Part shown: in pieces, positions 39,139 to 48,670 of the stretch | Position numbering within the stretch: the first letter of the stretch is position 1 | How the letters are laid out: the number at the start of each line of letters is the position of its first letter | NCBI GenBank assembly: GCA_943788985.1 | Contig: CALSSJ010000012.1 | Coordinates: 128,001-192,000 of the forward strand | Direction of reading: 5' to 3' | DNA from: an uncultured Lentisphaerales bacterium | Lineage (GTDB): Bacteria; Verrucomicrobiota; Lentisphaeria; JABSQK01; UBA12247 | Length of the DNA stretch: 64,000 bases | Notes under the pieces: generated by a model | What the model saw: only the letters and a program-made list of their open reading frames with translations | What the model was told of the DNA's origin: nothing | Database searches by the model: none | Made by a program: the position numbers and the translations under genes

Positions 39139-39940
39139 ATGAAAATTTTTCGTTACCCCCGCTGATCGCCCCGTTGTGGCCATCGTGCTTGCGTTTTTTG
39201 CGTTGGACCTAGTCGTGTATTACTTCGCCCATGCGCCATGGATGGTCATCGCTTGGTTCTTCATCGGCATCTTCCATAAGGCGTGCATCTGTTCGTTCAA
39301 TCACCACCACCAGCACGTCCCGACGTTTCATCAGCCGATTCTAAACCGGCTGCTTGAGATTCCGTATGGATTTCTGACCGGCATCACTGGCCATGCCTGG
39401 TTCCTGCATCATGTCGTGGGGCACCACCGGCATTACAAGGATCAGGAAAAGGACGAATCTGCCTGGAAGCGCGAAGACGGCAGCACCATGGGCGAGGTCG
39501 AGTACGCCTTCAAAATCGCGGCGACTGGGTACCCTCGGGCAGCCACCGCGCGCAATGGCAAGTTTGCTCACCGTGTGCAGTTCGCGACGATGGTCGTGAT
39601 TCAACTCATCTTGCTCACAGGGCTGTTCTGGTACAACTGGCTGAACGCCTTGTTTGTATTTTTACTGCCGATGGCGTTGTCTCTGTTTATCACTGCCTGG
39701 CATACCTACTTCCACCATGCTGGCTTGGACACCCAGGACGACTACGAGGCCTCGCACAACATCGTGCACAAGTGGTACAACATCCTGACCGGAAATCTCG
39801 GCTATCACACGGCCCATCACATTCGTGGCGGCATGCACTGGTCCAAGCTGCCGGAGTTCCACAAGACCATTGCCGAGAAGATTCCAGAGCGTCTCTATCA
39901 TGCTCCCTGCATCCCGTTCCGCTGGATGCCGAGCAAGTAG
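39139..39940 (+). CDS. Membrane fatty acid desaturase family protein, +1 frameshift near 39158
   Basis: His boxes HHHQH, HHVVGHH, YFHH, HTAHH; ATG 39139 reads MKIFRYP-ADRPVV if one C of TACCCCCGCT is removed. Confidence 0.85.
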
Positions 39941-40011
39941 ACTGGCGCGTCGGCCAGATCTGCAGTTTTGGGTGTAGTGCCCGCGCGGAATTAGCAATAC
40001 ATTTTGGCGGC

Positions 40012-40107
40012 GGCAGCGCCGAGTGGTCAGGTGCCAGGCGCGTGGAGCCGCGCGTACCCACAGGCACCTGTGCGACATGCAACGCCGCAGATGGCCGTTT
40101 TGCTGCC
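40012..40107. mobile_element. Degenerate MITE-like palindromic element
   Basis: GGCAGC..GGTCAGGTGC left arm and GCAGATGGCC..GCTGCC right arm around a CGTAC core; non-coding. Confidence 0.4.
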
Positions 40108-40270
40108 CCACCCCGAAGGACTGTGGCCCTTTTGCTCCCCGTCTGCGTTGCTGCGCTCGGGACAAACCATAGGGTATGCTCACTCACTTGTGCCTTGCCC
40201 GAAAACAAAATGGCCAGTAGCAAAATGTAACGTTATTTCCAAGCGGGTCCTGAGCAGGGCTTCAAAAGAA

Positions 40271-40313
40271 TCGGCTCGAGTCGATCCCATCGACAGCGGT
40301 CGACTCGAGTCGA
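40271..40313. promoter_or_regulatory. Twin 14-bp palindrome upstream of the M16 peptidase operon
   Basis: TCGGCTCGAGTCGA (40271) and perfect palindrome TCGACTCGAGTCGA (40300). Confidence 0.45.
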
Positions 40314-40431
40314 GTTTTCCGATCTCCCGGGCTGCGAGCAGCCTTCAAGGGAACGAATTGCTGTGAACCGGTTTCCGATTCGCGGCTGTACCCGTACAGT
40401 TCTACTCCCTCCTCATCGTTCAGGATAGTGT

Positions 40432-43230
40432 ATGATTTTTCGTGTTCCCTGTGTTCTTGTAACTGCCTTGGCGCTGTGCGCTGCCGTCCCTACTGATCTC
40501 GTGCCGGATGAGCGTGCCAACTGGGGAAAACTCCCCAACGGCCTGACCTACGCAATCATGCCAAATGTCGAACCTCCGGATCGCGTCAGCATGCGCATCT
40601 ACGTGCGCGCCGGTTCGTTGATGGAGACCGAGGCTCAGCGCGGTCTTGCCCACTTTCTGGAGCACATGGCCTTCAATGGCACGCGCCATTTTCCTGCGGA
40701 CAAAATGGTCGAGTACTTCCAACGTCTGGGCATGTCATTTGGCGCAGATACCAATGCTCATACCGGCTACGATGAGACCGTCTATAAACTCGAACTGCCG
40801 AATGCAGACAGCGTGTTGCTCAACGACGCCTTCCGCCTGTTGAGGGACTACGCCGACGGCATGCTGCTGACTGACGAGGAGATCGAGAAGGAGCGCGGTG
40901 TGATTCTCAGTGAGAAGCGCACTCGCGATTCCGCAGATTTTCGGACCTATATGGCGCGTATGAAGTTCCTCTGGCCCGAGTCGCGCATCGCCTCTCGCGT
41001 GCCGATCGGTCTCGAATCCGTGATTAAGGAAGCTGGCCGCGAAGAGTTCACCCGCTTCTACGAGGGCTGGTACCGGCCGGAGAATATGGCGGTGGTGGTC
41101 GTGGGCAACGTCAAAGCTGCGGAGATCGCACCGCTAATCGAGCAGTATTTCAGCGCCATGCAAGGCCGTGGCGAGGCACCGCCCGCGCTCGATCTTGGCA
41201 AGATCGCCGCGAGCGAAGTCCGTGCCCATGTGCACTACGAGAAGGAGGCGGGCGGCTCGAGCGTGACACTGACCGTTCTGCAGCCCTGTGAGGTCACGCC
41301 AGACTCACGCGCCAAGCGGCTCCACGGCCTCAAACAATACGTGGCTGCCACCATTCTGAACAAGCGCCTCGAGAAGCTTACTGAGAAGCCGGATGTCGCC
41401 TTCATCAGTGGCCGCACCTACAGCTACGACTGGCTCGACTTTGCCACCATCGGCACCATTACCTTCTCCTGTGAACCCGCGAAGTGGGCAGAAACATTGG
41501 CCACGGGCGAGCAGGAAGTGCGTCGCGTCGTTCAGTTCGGCTTCACCCATGCTGAACTTGCCGTAGCCAAGGCGAACGTCCTCCGGTATTTCGAGCGCCA
41601 AGTCAACACTCGCCCGACCAAAATGTCGAAGGCTCTCGCTGGCGATCTCGTCCGAGCCATCGCCGATCGCGAGGTCTTCACGAGCCCCGAGCAAGATCTG
41701 GTACACGCCCAAGAAGACCTGCAATCGATGACTCTAAAGCAAGTCGCGACCGTCTTTCGCGAAGTCTGGAAGGACCGCGCTGCGCAGATCTTTGTCTCCG
41801 GAAACGTTGAGATCGAAGGCGGCACGGACGCGGTCTTAAACGCCTTCAAAGCCAGCCAAGCAATCGCGGTCGAAGCTCCGGCCGAGGAAGAGATCCCGCC
41901 ATTTGCCTACCAGTCCTTTGGTGCGCCTGGAGCGCCCGTCTCGGATAAGCTGGTCGAGGATCTAGGCATTCGAACCGTGACCTTCGCGAATCACACGCGG
42001 TTGAACGTAAAGCAGACAGATTTCGAAGCGGAGACCGTGCAGGTGCGCTTTCGCGTCGGCGCTGGTGCGCTTTGCCTGCCAGCGGACAAGCCCGCAGTTC
42101 GCAGCATGGCCTCCCGCATTTTCACTGCCGGGGGGCTCGTAGCCCACAGCCGGACTGAGCTTGGTCGGATCTTTGCGGGCACGACTGTCGGCACCAGTTT
42201 CGGCGTCGAAGACGATGCGTTTCTCTTCAGCGGCTCGTGTAAACCCAAGGAACTGCGCCAGCAACTGGGCTACATGACCGCGTTCCTGCTTCATCCGGGC
42301 TATCGGGAGGACGCCCGCGAGCGCGCCATCCGCAGCTACGAGCGGGAATGGACGGCCGCTCAGCAGGAGCCGGACGGGGTCTGGGGCGGGGCGGTGGACC
42401 GCTACCTGGCAAATGGGGACACGCGCTTTGGCCTGGCAAGCGTTGCGGAGTTCGCAAGTGTGACCATAGGCGACGTTCGCCAAGCGCTGGCAGATGCGCT
42501 GAACAAGGGCGCGTTGGAAGTCGCGATCGTCGGAGATATCGACCCGGACCTCGCCGTCGCCGCCGCCGCGGAGACCGTCGGTGCGCTTGCGGACCGGCGC
42601 AGCGAGCGCCAGCGATTCGAGGACCGTCGCGAGATCAGCTATCCACCTGCTGGACCGCGTTGCCACTTCTCGTTCGAAAGCGATTCTGGCAAGGCCATGG
42701 CCGTGGTCATCTGGCCGACCGAGGACATCTATGATATCAAGCGTACCCGCCGCCTCAGCCTGCTGGCATCGGTGCTGACCGATCGCATGCGCATTGAAAT
42801 TCGCGAGAAGACCGGCGCTGCCTACAGCCCACGCGCCTATTCCCAAGCGAGCGAAACCTACGTGGGCTATGGGAGGATCGAGGCCGTGGTCCGCTGCGCG
42901 CCTGAGACCGCGGCGGAGCTGGTGGATACCTTGCGCAGGCTTGCTGCGGACCTCGCAGAATCTGGGCTCACCCAAGACGAGCTCGAGCGCGCCGTGCAAC
43001 CACGCATCACCGGGCTCAAGCAATGGGTGCGCAACAACGCCTATTGGGCGGGTAACGTAATGGCGGCTTGCGGTGAGTACCCGGAACGGCTCGACTGGGC
43101 ACGGTCGATGGAGGCCGACATTCCGGCCATTACTCGCGAGGAGTTGGCCGCTCTGGCCGCGACCTACCTGCGTCCAGAACTTGCCCGCATGATCATCATC
43201 GAACCCGTACCGGAAGCAAAAGCAGAATGA
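40432..43230 (+). CDS. M16 family zinc metallopeptidase (PqqL-like), secreted
   Basis: Signal peptide; GLAHFLEHMAFNG (HxxEH), NAHT, ERGVILSE; four-domain length. Confidence 0.93.
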   Translation: MIFRVPCVLVTALALCAAVPTDLVPDERANWGKLPNGLTYAIMPNVEPPDRVSMRIYVRAGSLMETEAQRGLAHFLEHMAFNGTRHFPADKMVEYFQRLGMSFGADTNAHTGYDETVYKLELPNADSVLLNDAFRLLRDYADGMLLTDEEIEKERGVILSEKRTRDSADFRTYMARMKFLWPESRIASRVPIGLESVIKEAGREEFTRFYEGWYRPENMAVVVVGNVKAAEIAPLIEQYFSAMQGRGEAPPALDLGKIAASEVRAHVHYEKEAGGSSVTLTVLQPCEVTPDSRAKRLHGLKQYVAATILNKRLEKLTEKPDVAFISGRTYSYDWLDFATIGTITFSCEPAKWAETLATGEQEVRRVVQFGFTHAELAVAKANVLRYFERQVNTRPTKMSKALAGDLVRAIADREVFTSPEQDLVHAQEDLQSMTLKQVATVFREVWKDRAAQIFVSGNVEIEGGTDAVLNAFKASQAIAVEAPAEEEIPPFAYQSFGAPGAPVSDKLVEDLGIRTVTFANHTRLNVKQTDFEAETVQVRFRVGAGALCLPADKPAVRSMASRIFTAGGLVAHSRTELGRIFAGTTVGTSFGVEDDAFLFSGSCKPKELRQQLGYMTAFLLHPGYREDARERAIRSYEREWTAAQQEPDGVWGGAVDRYLANGDTRFGLASVAEFASVTIGDVRQALADALNKGALEVAIVGDIDPDLAVAAAAETVGALADRRSERQRFEDRREISYPPAGPRCHFSFESDSGKAMAVVIWPTEDIYDIKRTRRLSLLASVLTDRMRIEIREKTGAAYSPRAYSQASETYVGYGRIEAVVRCAPETAAELVDTLRRLAADLAESGLTQDELERAVQPRITGLKQWVRNNAYWAGNVMAACGEYPERLDWARSMEADIPAITREELAALAATYLRPELARMIIIEPVPEAKAE

Positions 43231-44252
43231 TACGTATTGGCCTAGTCGGCTGCGGCCGCATCTCAGAGAAGCACATCAGCGCCATCATTGACCTCAAAGG
43301 GGATTGTGAGCTTGTCGCAGTGTGCGAACGTGACAAGGAGCGTGCGAAGTCCGCAATCGCTCTCACTGGTGCGGAATGGTACGGCGAGTTGGAAGAGATG
43401 CTGGCACGACCAGATATCGATGTGATCAGCCTCTGCACGCCATCCGGCCTTCATGCGCCACAAGGGACTCTCGCGGCTCAGCACGGGAAACATGTGATCA
43501 CCGAGAAACCCATGGCGCTCGATCTTGAAAGCGCGGATCGGTTGATCGCGGCCTGTGAGGCCAACGACACCCGGTTGTTCGTGGTGAAGCAAGTCCGGCT
43601 GACGCCCACCCTGCAGTATCTGCGGCGGGCGATCGACAGAGGGCGCTTTGGCAAGATCTACAGCATTTTTGTCAATGTTCTCTGGCAGCGTCCACAATCA
43701 TACTACGATGCCGAGCCGTGGCGCGGCACTTGGGCGCAGGACGGCGGTGCCTTCATGAACCAGGCCAGTCACTTTGTCGATCTGTTGAGCTGGTTCGGCG
43801 GCGAAGTTGAGACGGTCACCGCCCTCACTGCCACGCTGGGCCGTTCGATCGAGGCCGAAGACAGCGGCGTAGCCGTGATGCGGTTCAAGAACGGAATCAT
43901 TGGCTCAATCAACGTCTCCATGCTGACCTACCCCAAGAATCTCGAGACTACCATCACCGTTCTGGGTGAAAAGGGCACCGTGAAAGCGGGCGGCGCGTCG
44001 ATCGGTCGCTTCGAGAAGTGGGAGTTTCAGGATTACGACGACGATGACCGCATCATCTATGAGTCTAATCTCGAGCCGCCGGCACCGCACGCATCGGGAC
44101 ATTACCTGTACTACAAGAACGTCATCGACGTGCTTGGTGGCTGTGCCGAACCCAAAACCGATGGCCATGAAGGCCGCCACAGCGTCGCGCTGATTCGCAG
44201 TATCTATGAGTCCGCTACCTCTGGGAAACCAGTGAGCTTTTCCGCAAAATGA
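43227..44252 (+). CDS. Gfo/Idh/MocA oxidoreductase (WlbA/WbpB-like nucleotide-sugar 3-dehydrogenase)
   Basis: GCGRIS, TPSGLH, EKPMA, WRGTW..DGGAFMNQASHFVD, LTYPKNLE. Confidence 0.85.
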   Translation: MIRIGLVGCGRISEKHISAIIDLKGDCELVAVCERDKERAKSAIALTGAEWYGELEEMLARPDIDVISLCTPSGLHAPQGTLAAQHGKHVITEKPMALDLESADRLIAACEANDTRLFVVKQVRLTPTLQYLRRAIDRGRFGKIYSIFVNVLWQRPQSYYDAEPWRGTWAQDGGAFMNQASHFVDLLSWFGGEVETVTALTATLGRSIEAEDSGVAVMRFKNGIIGSINVSMLTYPKNLETTITVLGEKGTVKAGGASIGRFEKWEFQDYDDDDRIIYESNLEPPAPHASGHYLYYKNVIDVLGGCAEPKTDGHEGRHSVALIRSIYESATSGKPVSFSAK

Positions 44253-45100
44253 ACGCACCGTGGCGGGCATTCAAGGACCTTGAGACGCCCGATGTCATTC
44301 ACCATCTCGCAGTTGAATCAGAACTTCTGGACGACGCAACTGCGCCGCCCACCATCTACCTGTGGAGTGGGGGCGAAGCCGTGGTCATCGGTCGCAATCA
44401 GAATCCTTGGTCTGAGGCCTCGCCGGACTCGTTGCAGCACGAGCGCCCGCTGTTGGCACGGCGTGTCTCCGGCGGTGGTGCGGTGTATCACGGGCCGGGA
44501 AACCTGAACTTCTGCATCAGCATGCCGCGGGCACTGCACGCTCCCCATCAGCGGCTTGCGGAGATTGCAACCGTGGTCAGCCAGGTCAGCGGCAAGGATG
44601 TCACGGTGGATGAGCAGTACAACCTGCGTCTGGACGGCCGCAAGATCTCAGGAACCGCCTTCCGGCTGATTCGAGATCGGGCGCTGCATCACGGAACCTT
44701 GCTGGTGCATGCTGACCTCGCAAAGCTGCGCGCGGCGCTGCAGGCCGAGGAACTGCAGATCGCTACCCAAGCCGTCGCGTCGCGCCCCGCGTCGGTCACC
44801 AACGCGGGCAGGGAGGGGCAGGTTGCGGAGTTCGCAAAAGCCCTGCTTGTTCACTTCTGCGGACAGGCCGATGCGCCGCCGCCAGCAACACCTGCAGCCG
44901 AACGAGTGTGCCAACTCCGCAGCTGGGAATGGCGGTTTGGCCACACACCCAGCTTCGAAGCGAGCGTTGGCGGGCAGACAATATCGGTAGAGAACGGGAA
45001 GATTTCAAATTCGGGTATATTGGCGAAACCATTTTGCCCCGCGCGGGTTAGAACTATACTTGAGGCAACGACCTTCCAGAAAGAGGAACAGGATGAGTAA
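44249..45100 (+). CDS. lplA: Lipoate-protein ligase A family
   Basis: VIGRNQNPW, RRVSGGGAVYH, KISGTA, HHGTLL. Confidence 0.88.
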   Translation: MNAPWRAFKDLETPDVIHHLAVESELLDDATAPPTIYLWSGGEAVVIGRNQNPWSEASPDSLQHERPLLARRVSGGGAVYHGPGNLNFCISMPRALHAPHQRLAEIATVVSQVSGKDVTVDEQYNLRLDGRKISGTAFRLIRDRALHHGTLLVHADLAKLRAALQAEELQIATQAVASRPASVTNAGREGQVAEFAKALLVHFCGQADAPPPATPAAERVCQLRSWEWRFGHTPSFEASVGGQTISVENGKISNSGILAKPFCPARVRTILEATTFQKEEQDE

Positions 45101-46718
45101 AACCGGGCCTGATGACCCACAGGATGAATTGCACAGGCAGATGCAAGGACTGTTCGAGAGCTTTGCCCCGCCAGGAATGTCACCTAGTGCGCCCGCCAGC
45201 GAGCCAGGAGCGGAAGAGGAACAGAGCGATGAGGACAAGGTTGATCCATTGCAACTGGTCTATGACTTCGACCTAAAACCTCGCGATGTGAACGCCTATC
45301 TCAAGCGCTATGTGATCCGTCAGGAAGAGGCAAAGAAGGTCCTGGCAGTCGCTATTTGCGATCACTACAATCATGTTCGCCGATGTCTGCTGGATCCGGA
45401 GCTGGAGTCAGAAGAGTACGCCAAGCAGAACGTCCTGCTGCTGGGCCCGACCGGTGTCGGCAAGACCTATCTCATTCGTTGCATTGCCAAGCTCGTTGGC
45501 GTCCCGTTTGTGAAGGCAGATGCGACTAAATTCTCCGAGACCGGCTATGTCGGCCATGACGTCGAGGATCTGGTCCGAGATCTGGTCAAGCTCGCCGATG
45601 GCGATACCGAGCTCGCGCAGTACGGAATCATCTACATCGATGAAATTGATAAGATTGCGGGTCGAGGCTCTGGCGGAAATCGCGATGTCTCCGGGCGCGG
45701 TGTACAGATCAACCTGCTCAAGCTGATGGAAGACTCAAACGTCAACCTCGTCAGCCAGACCGATATCGCCTCGCAGATGGAAGCGATGATGAATATGATG
45801 AACCGTCAGGATTCGCCACCACGCACCATCAACACCCGGCACATCCTGTTTATCGTCAGTGGGGCCTTTGGCGAACTGACGGGTCAGATCCGCAAGCGCA
45901 TGCAGGGCTCGCAGATCGGCTTCGACCGCGATGAGACGGCGGCGCGGGATGATGATTACTACGCGCGATTGGTAGAGACCAAAGATTTCGTTGATTACGG
46001 GTTTGAGCCTGAGTTCGTCGGTCGCTTGCCAGTGCGGGTAGCCTGTCATTCCCTGTCTGTGCCGGATCTGGAAATGATCCTGTCTCAGTCAAAAGGCAGC
46101 ATGCTTAAGCAGTATGCCAACGACTTCTCTGGCTACGGTATCGACCTTAACATCCTGCCAGGGGCATTGCGCTGCATTGCCGAGCGTGCGCATACCGAGC
46201 AGACCGGCGCTCGCGGCTTGATGACCGTCCTAGAGCGGACTTTTCGCAATTTCAAGTACGAGCTTCCGTCTACCGACGTCGAGCTTTTGACGGTGGATGA
46301 GACCACTATTGCCGAGCCCGACCTGCAACTGCAGCAGATCCTTTCCGAGCATCCTGCGGATCCGCCCCGGTTGCCCACGAGCGAGGAGCCAGCCAAAGAC
46401 GAGGCGGCCGAAGATGTGGCGCCAGCTGTGCCCGACAACAGCCTGCGTGCTCAGGTGGGTGAGTTTGCCGAGGAGTTCGAGAGTGCCCACGACTTTTTCC
46501 TGAAGTTTCAGGAGGATGCGATTGATGCGCTGGTCGAGCAAGCGGCGTTGAACGGCCAGACCGTGCTCGAGCGCTGCCGCGAGTGCTTCAAGGACTTCGA
46601 GCACGGACTTGCTCTGCTACGCTGCAAGACCGGCGAGAGCACGTTCGAAATCGACGCAGCAGCCGTCGCTGATCCGGGCCAGGCTCTTACCGCTCGGCTG
46701 CGCGACAGCGCTGTGTAG
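45093..46718 (+). CDS. ClpX-like AAA+ ATPase lacking the zinc-binding domain
   Basis: GPTGVGKT, GYVG, YIDEIDK, RDVSG.GVQ, IGF loop, PEFVGR, TGARGL; no N-terminal C4 motif; C-terminal extension. Confidence 0.88.
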   Translation: MSKTGPDDPQDELHRQMQGLFESFAPPGMSPSAPASEPGAEEEQSDEDKVDPLQLVYDFDLKPRDVNAYLKRYVIRQEEAKKVLAVAICDHYNHVRRCLLDPELESEEYAKQNVLLLGPTGVGKTYLIRCIAKLVGVPFVKADATKFSETGYVGHDVEDLVRDLVKLADGDTELAQYGIIYIDEIDKIAGRGSGGNRDVSGRGVQINLLKLMEDSNVNLVSQTDIASQMEAMMNMMNRQDSPPRTINTRHILFIVSGAFGELTGQIRKRMQGSQIGFDRDETAARDDDYYARLVETKDFVDYGFEPEFVGRLPVRVACHSLSVPDLEMILSQSKGSMLKQYANDFSGYGIDLNILPGALRCIAERAHTEQTGARGLMTVLERTFRNFKYELPSTDVELLTVDETTIAEPDLQLQQILSEHPADPPRLPTSEEPAKDEAAEDVAPAVPDNSLRAQVGEFAEEFESAHDFFLKFQEDAIDALVEQAALNGQTVLERCRECFKDFEHGLALLRCKTGESTFEIDAAAVADPGQALTARLRDSAV

Positions 46719-46731
46719 GCTGCTATTCGCT

Positions 46732-46787
46732 GTAGGCGCCACCCGTCGAAACCTCTCGAATGCCATGGCAGGTATCGACGGGTGGCG
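46732..46787. repeat. GTAG-preceded 18-bp hairpin (REP-like or terminator) after the clpX-like gene
   Basis: CGCCACCCGTCGAAACCT (46737-46754) / AGGTATCGACGGGTGGCG (46770-46787), 17/18 paired. Confidence 0.65.
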
Positions 46788-47202
46788 GCAGGAATCGACA
46801 GACTGCGACTCACTCGTGGGAGCTTTATTTTTGGCACAGAGGGGACACCGAGGGAATGCGGGAGATGGTTTGCCTCGTTTCGTCCTGCCAGCTCGTTGTG
46901 CTCTGAGTCCTCTGTGGTAGAATTTCTTCATCGCGGCTTCACGCCCAGATGCGGTCTGCGGACCGTTGGATTAATATTTGCCTTCTTGATAGCGCGAATG
47001 GCCGCCGTGTTGGATTCTCCAGTATCCCTGGAGCCGTTCAGTGGCTGCGAGAAGTGCAGTCCGAGGCCGCAGCCGTACGTGATTGACTTCCACTGAATTC
47101 GCGCCACCTTTTCGCTGGGACCTGCGATTCCGTATGGCTGGCCAGCTTCAAGAGAGACTTCGGCTGCGTTGATGCCAATCTGGTTTTAATTCAGGATAGC
47201 GA

Positions 47203-47718
47203 ATGACAATTCGTTCTGCCGTTTCGCAAGCGTACTTTTTTGAGCTGCGTCCAAATCAAGCCCGCTATAGGCATGTTTTCTGCGGTGAGCACCGGGCCCC
47301 GGGCGCGACGTGGCCAAATTGTCAGAAGCCAATGCTCCGAATGCTCAGCCTCGACTGTGAAGATCAAAGATTGGGATTGGTCGAGTTGGGCATACCAGTG
47401 CTCGATTTAGTGTTTTGCTGGACCTGCAATTTGGGAGAGGGTCGCACTGCGTACCGGCTGGATCCAAGTGGCGGAACTTCGCTCATTCAGTAGGACGAGG
47501 GCGGCGTCGAGGAAGACTTTCCATACGAGGATTACCCAGCCTATTTCCCGGAAGCAGAAGTGGAGTTGGCGCCACTTCCTCAGAAGGTCCAAGAACTGAT
47601 CAGCGGCGTAAACGCCGGAGGAGAAATGTCCGGCCTGCGGGGCGTTGATGGAGCTTCTTGCCTGATCACGGAGAATTTCGCTGCACAAGCGATTGGCGAG
47701 TTTCTCATGGGATTTTGA
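47203..47718 (+). pseudogene. Hypothetical gene remnant with an in-frame stop
   Basis: TAG at 47491-47493; frame continues with protein-like DEGGVEEDFPYEDYPAYFPE. Confidence 0.45.
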
Positions 47719-47850
47719 AAATCCCCTTGAGGAAGACGGCGCCTCGGTGCGCAAATTCGCGTATTCCACCTCGAAAACTGCTGTCTGCGCGGAATGCCGG
47801 TAATCAGTCAGTTTTCACACGTTGACGATTGCGCGCGGTCGTGAACTGTT

Positions 47851-47880
47851 TCGATCGACAACGATCATAATCGATCATTA
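47851..47880. promoter_or_regulatory. Putative DeoR operator: three CGATC repeats at 10-bp spacing
   Basis: tCGATCgaca aCGATCataa tCGATCatta directly upstream of the DeoR gene. Confidence 0.55.
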
Positions 47881-47910
47881 AAGTAACAGCCAAGCAAAAG
47901 ACCACAGGCG

Positions 47911-48654
47911 ATGCTCGACCAAGAACGCGAAAAACTAATTGCCGATTTACTGAGCCAGAAGGCCTTCGTTTCCTTGCAGGAAGTCGTCGCTGCGTGCGGT
48001 GCCTCGGCAGTAACCGTGCGGCGCGACTTCACCCGGATGGAAGCCCAAGGGCTCTTGGAGCGCATCCATGGCGGAGCCAAGAGCACGATGGAAAACCTGC
48101 CGTTGGAGATTCGCCGGACGGTGATGTTCGAAGAGAAAACACGCATCGCCGAAAAGGCCGTTGCGATGTGCGCTGACGGCGAGACGGTCTTCATTGACGG
48201 CGGCTCGACCACCAGCCAGATGGCAGCACATCTGAAACCCCGTCGCCTCGAAATCGTCACCAATTCGTTGGTTCTTGCCACAGCCCTGCTCGACAGCCGC
48301 AACGAGCTGGTGCTCACCGGAGGCAGCGTGCTGCCCAGGCAGGGCCTGGTGCTCAACCCTTTCGAGGACGACCTGATTGATCGCTATCGCGCAGCCAAGG
48401 CGATCATGGGCGTGGGCGGACTCGATCCGGTCGGCCCGACGAACGACGATCCACGCCTGATCCGCTTCGAGCAGAAGATGATCGCGCATGCCGACGAGAT
48501 CATTCTGCTGGCCGACAGCGCCAAGCTCGGCAAGCGCGAAAAGCTCCTGCTTTGCGAGTACAGCAAGATCAGTGCGATCATCACCGACAGCAACCTTGCG
48601 CCTGAGCACCGCGCGTGGCTCGACAAACTCCCACTGACACTCATCACGGTTTGA
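47911..48654 (+). CDS. DeoR/GlpR family transcriptional regulator
   Basis: SAVTVRRD..RIHGGA; FIDGGSTT; VTNS; LADSAK. Confidence 0.93.
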   Translation: MLDQEREKLIADLLSQKAFVSLQEVVAACGASAVTVRRDFTRMEAQGLLERIHGGAKSTMENLPLEIRRTVMFEEKTRIAEKAVAMCADGETVFIDGGSTTSQMAAHLKPRRLEIVTNSLVLATALLDSRNELVLTGGSVLPRQGLVLNPFEDDLIDRYRAAKAIMGVGGLDPVGPTNDDPRLIRFEQKMIAHADEIILLADSAKLGKREKLLLCEYSKISAIITDSNLAPEHRAWLDKLPLTLITV

Positions 48655-48670
48655 CCAAGGAAACCAGATT

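Noticed and set aside
10946..43023. Other long alternative-strand ORFs (10946-11932, 25553-26440, 26398-27594, 41962-43023)
   Set aside because: All lie opposite well-supported genes and lack recognisable motifs
46920..47200. Possible toxin C-terminal fragment ahead of an immunity-like remnant
   Set aside because: No Rhs core junction or nuclease motif visible
5992..47493. In-frame TAG codons at 5992 and 47491 as possible stop-codon recoding
   Set aside because: TAG ends many intact genes here, and the 5992 locus has other lesions; pseudogenes are the simpler reading
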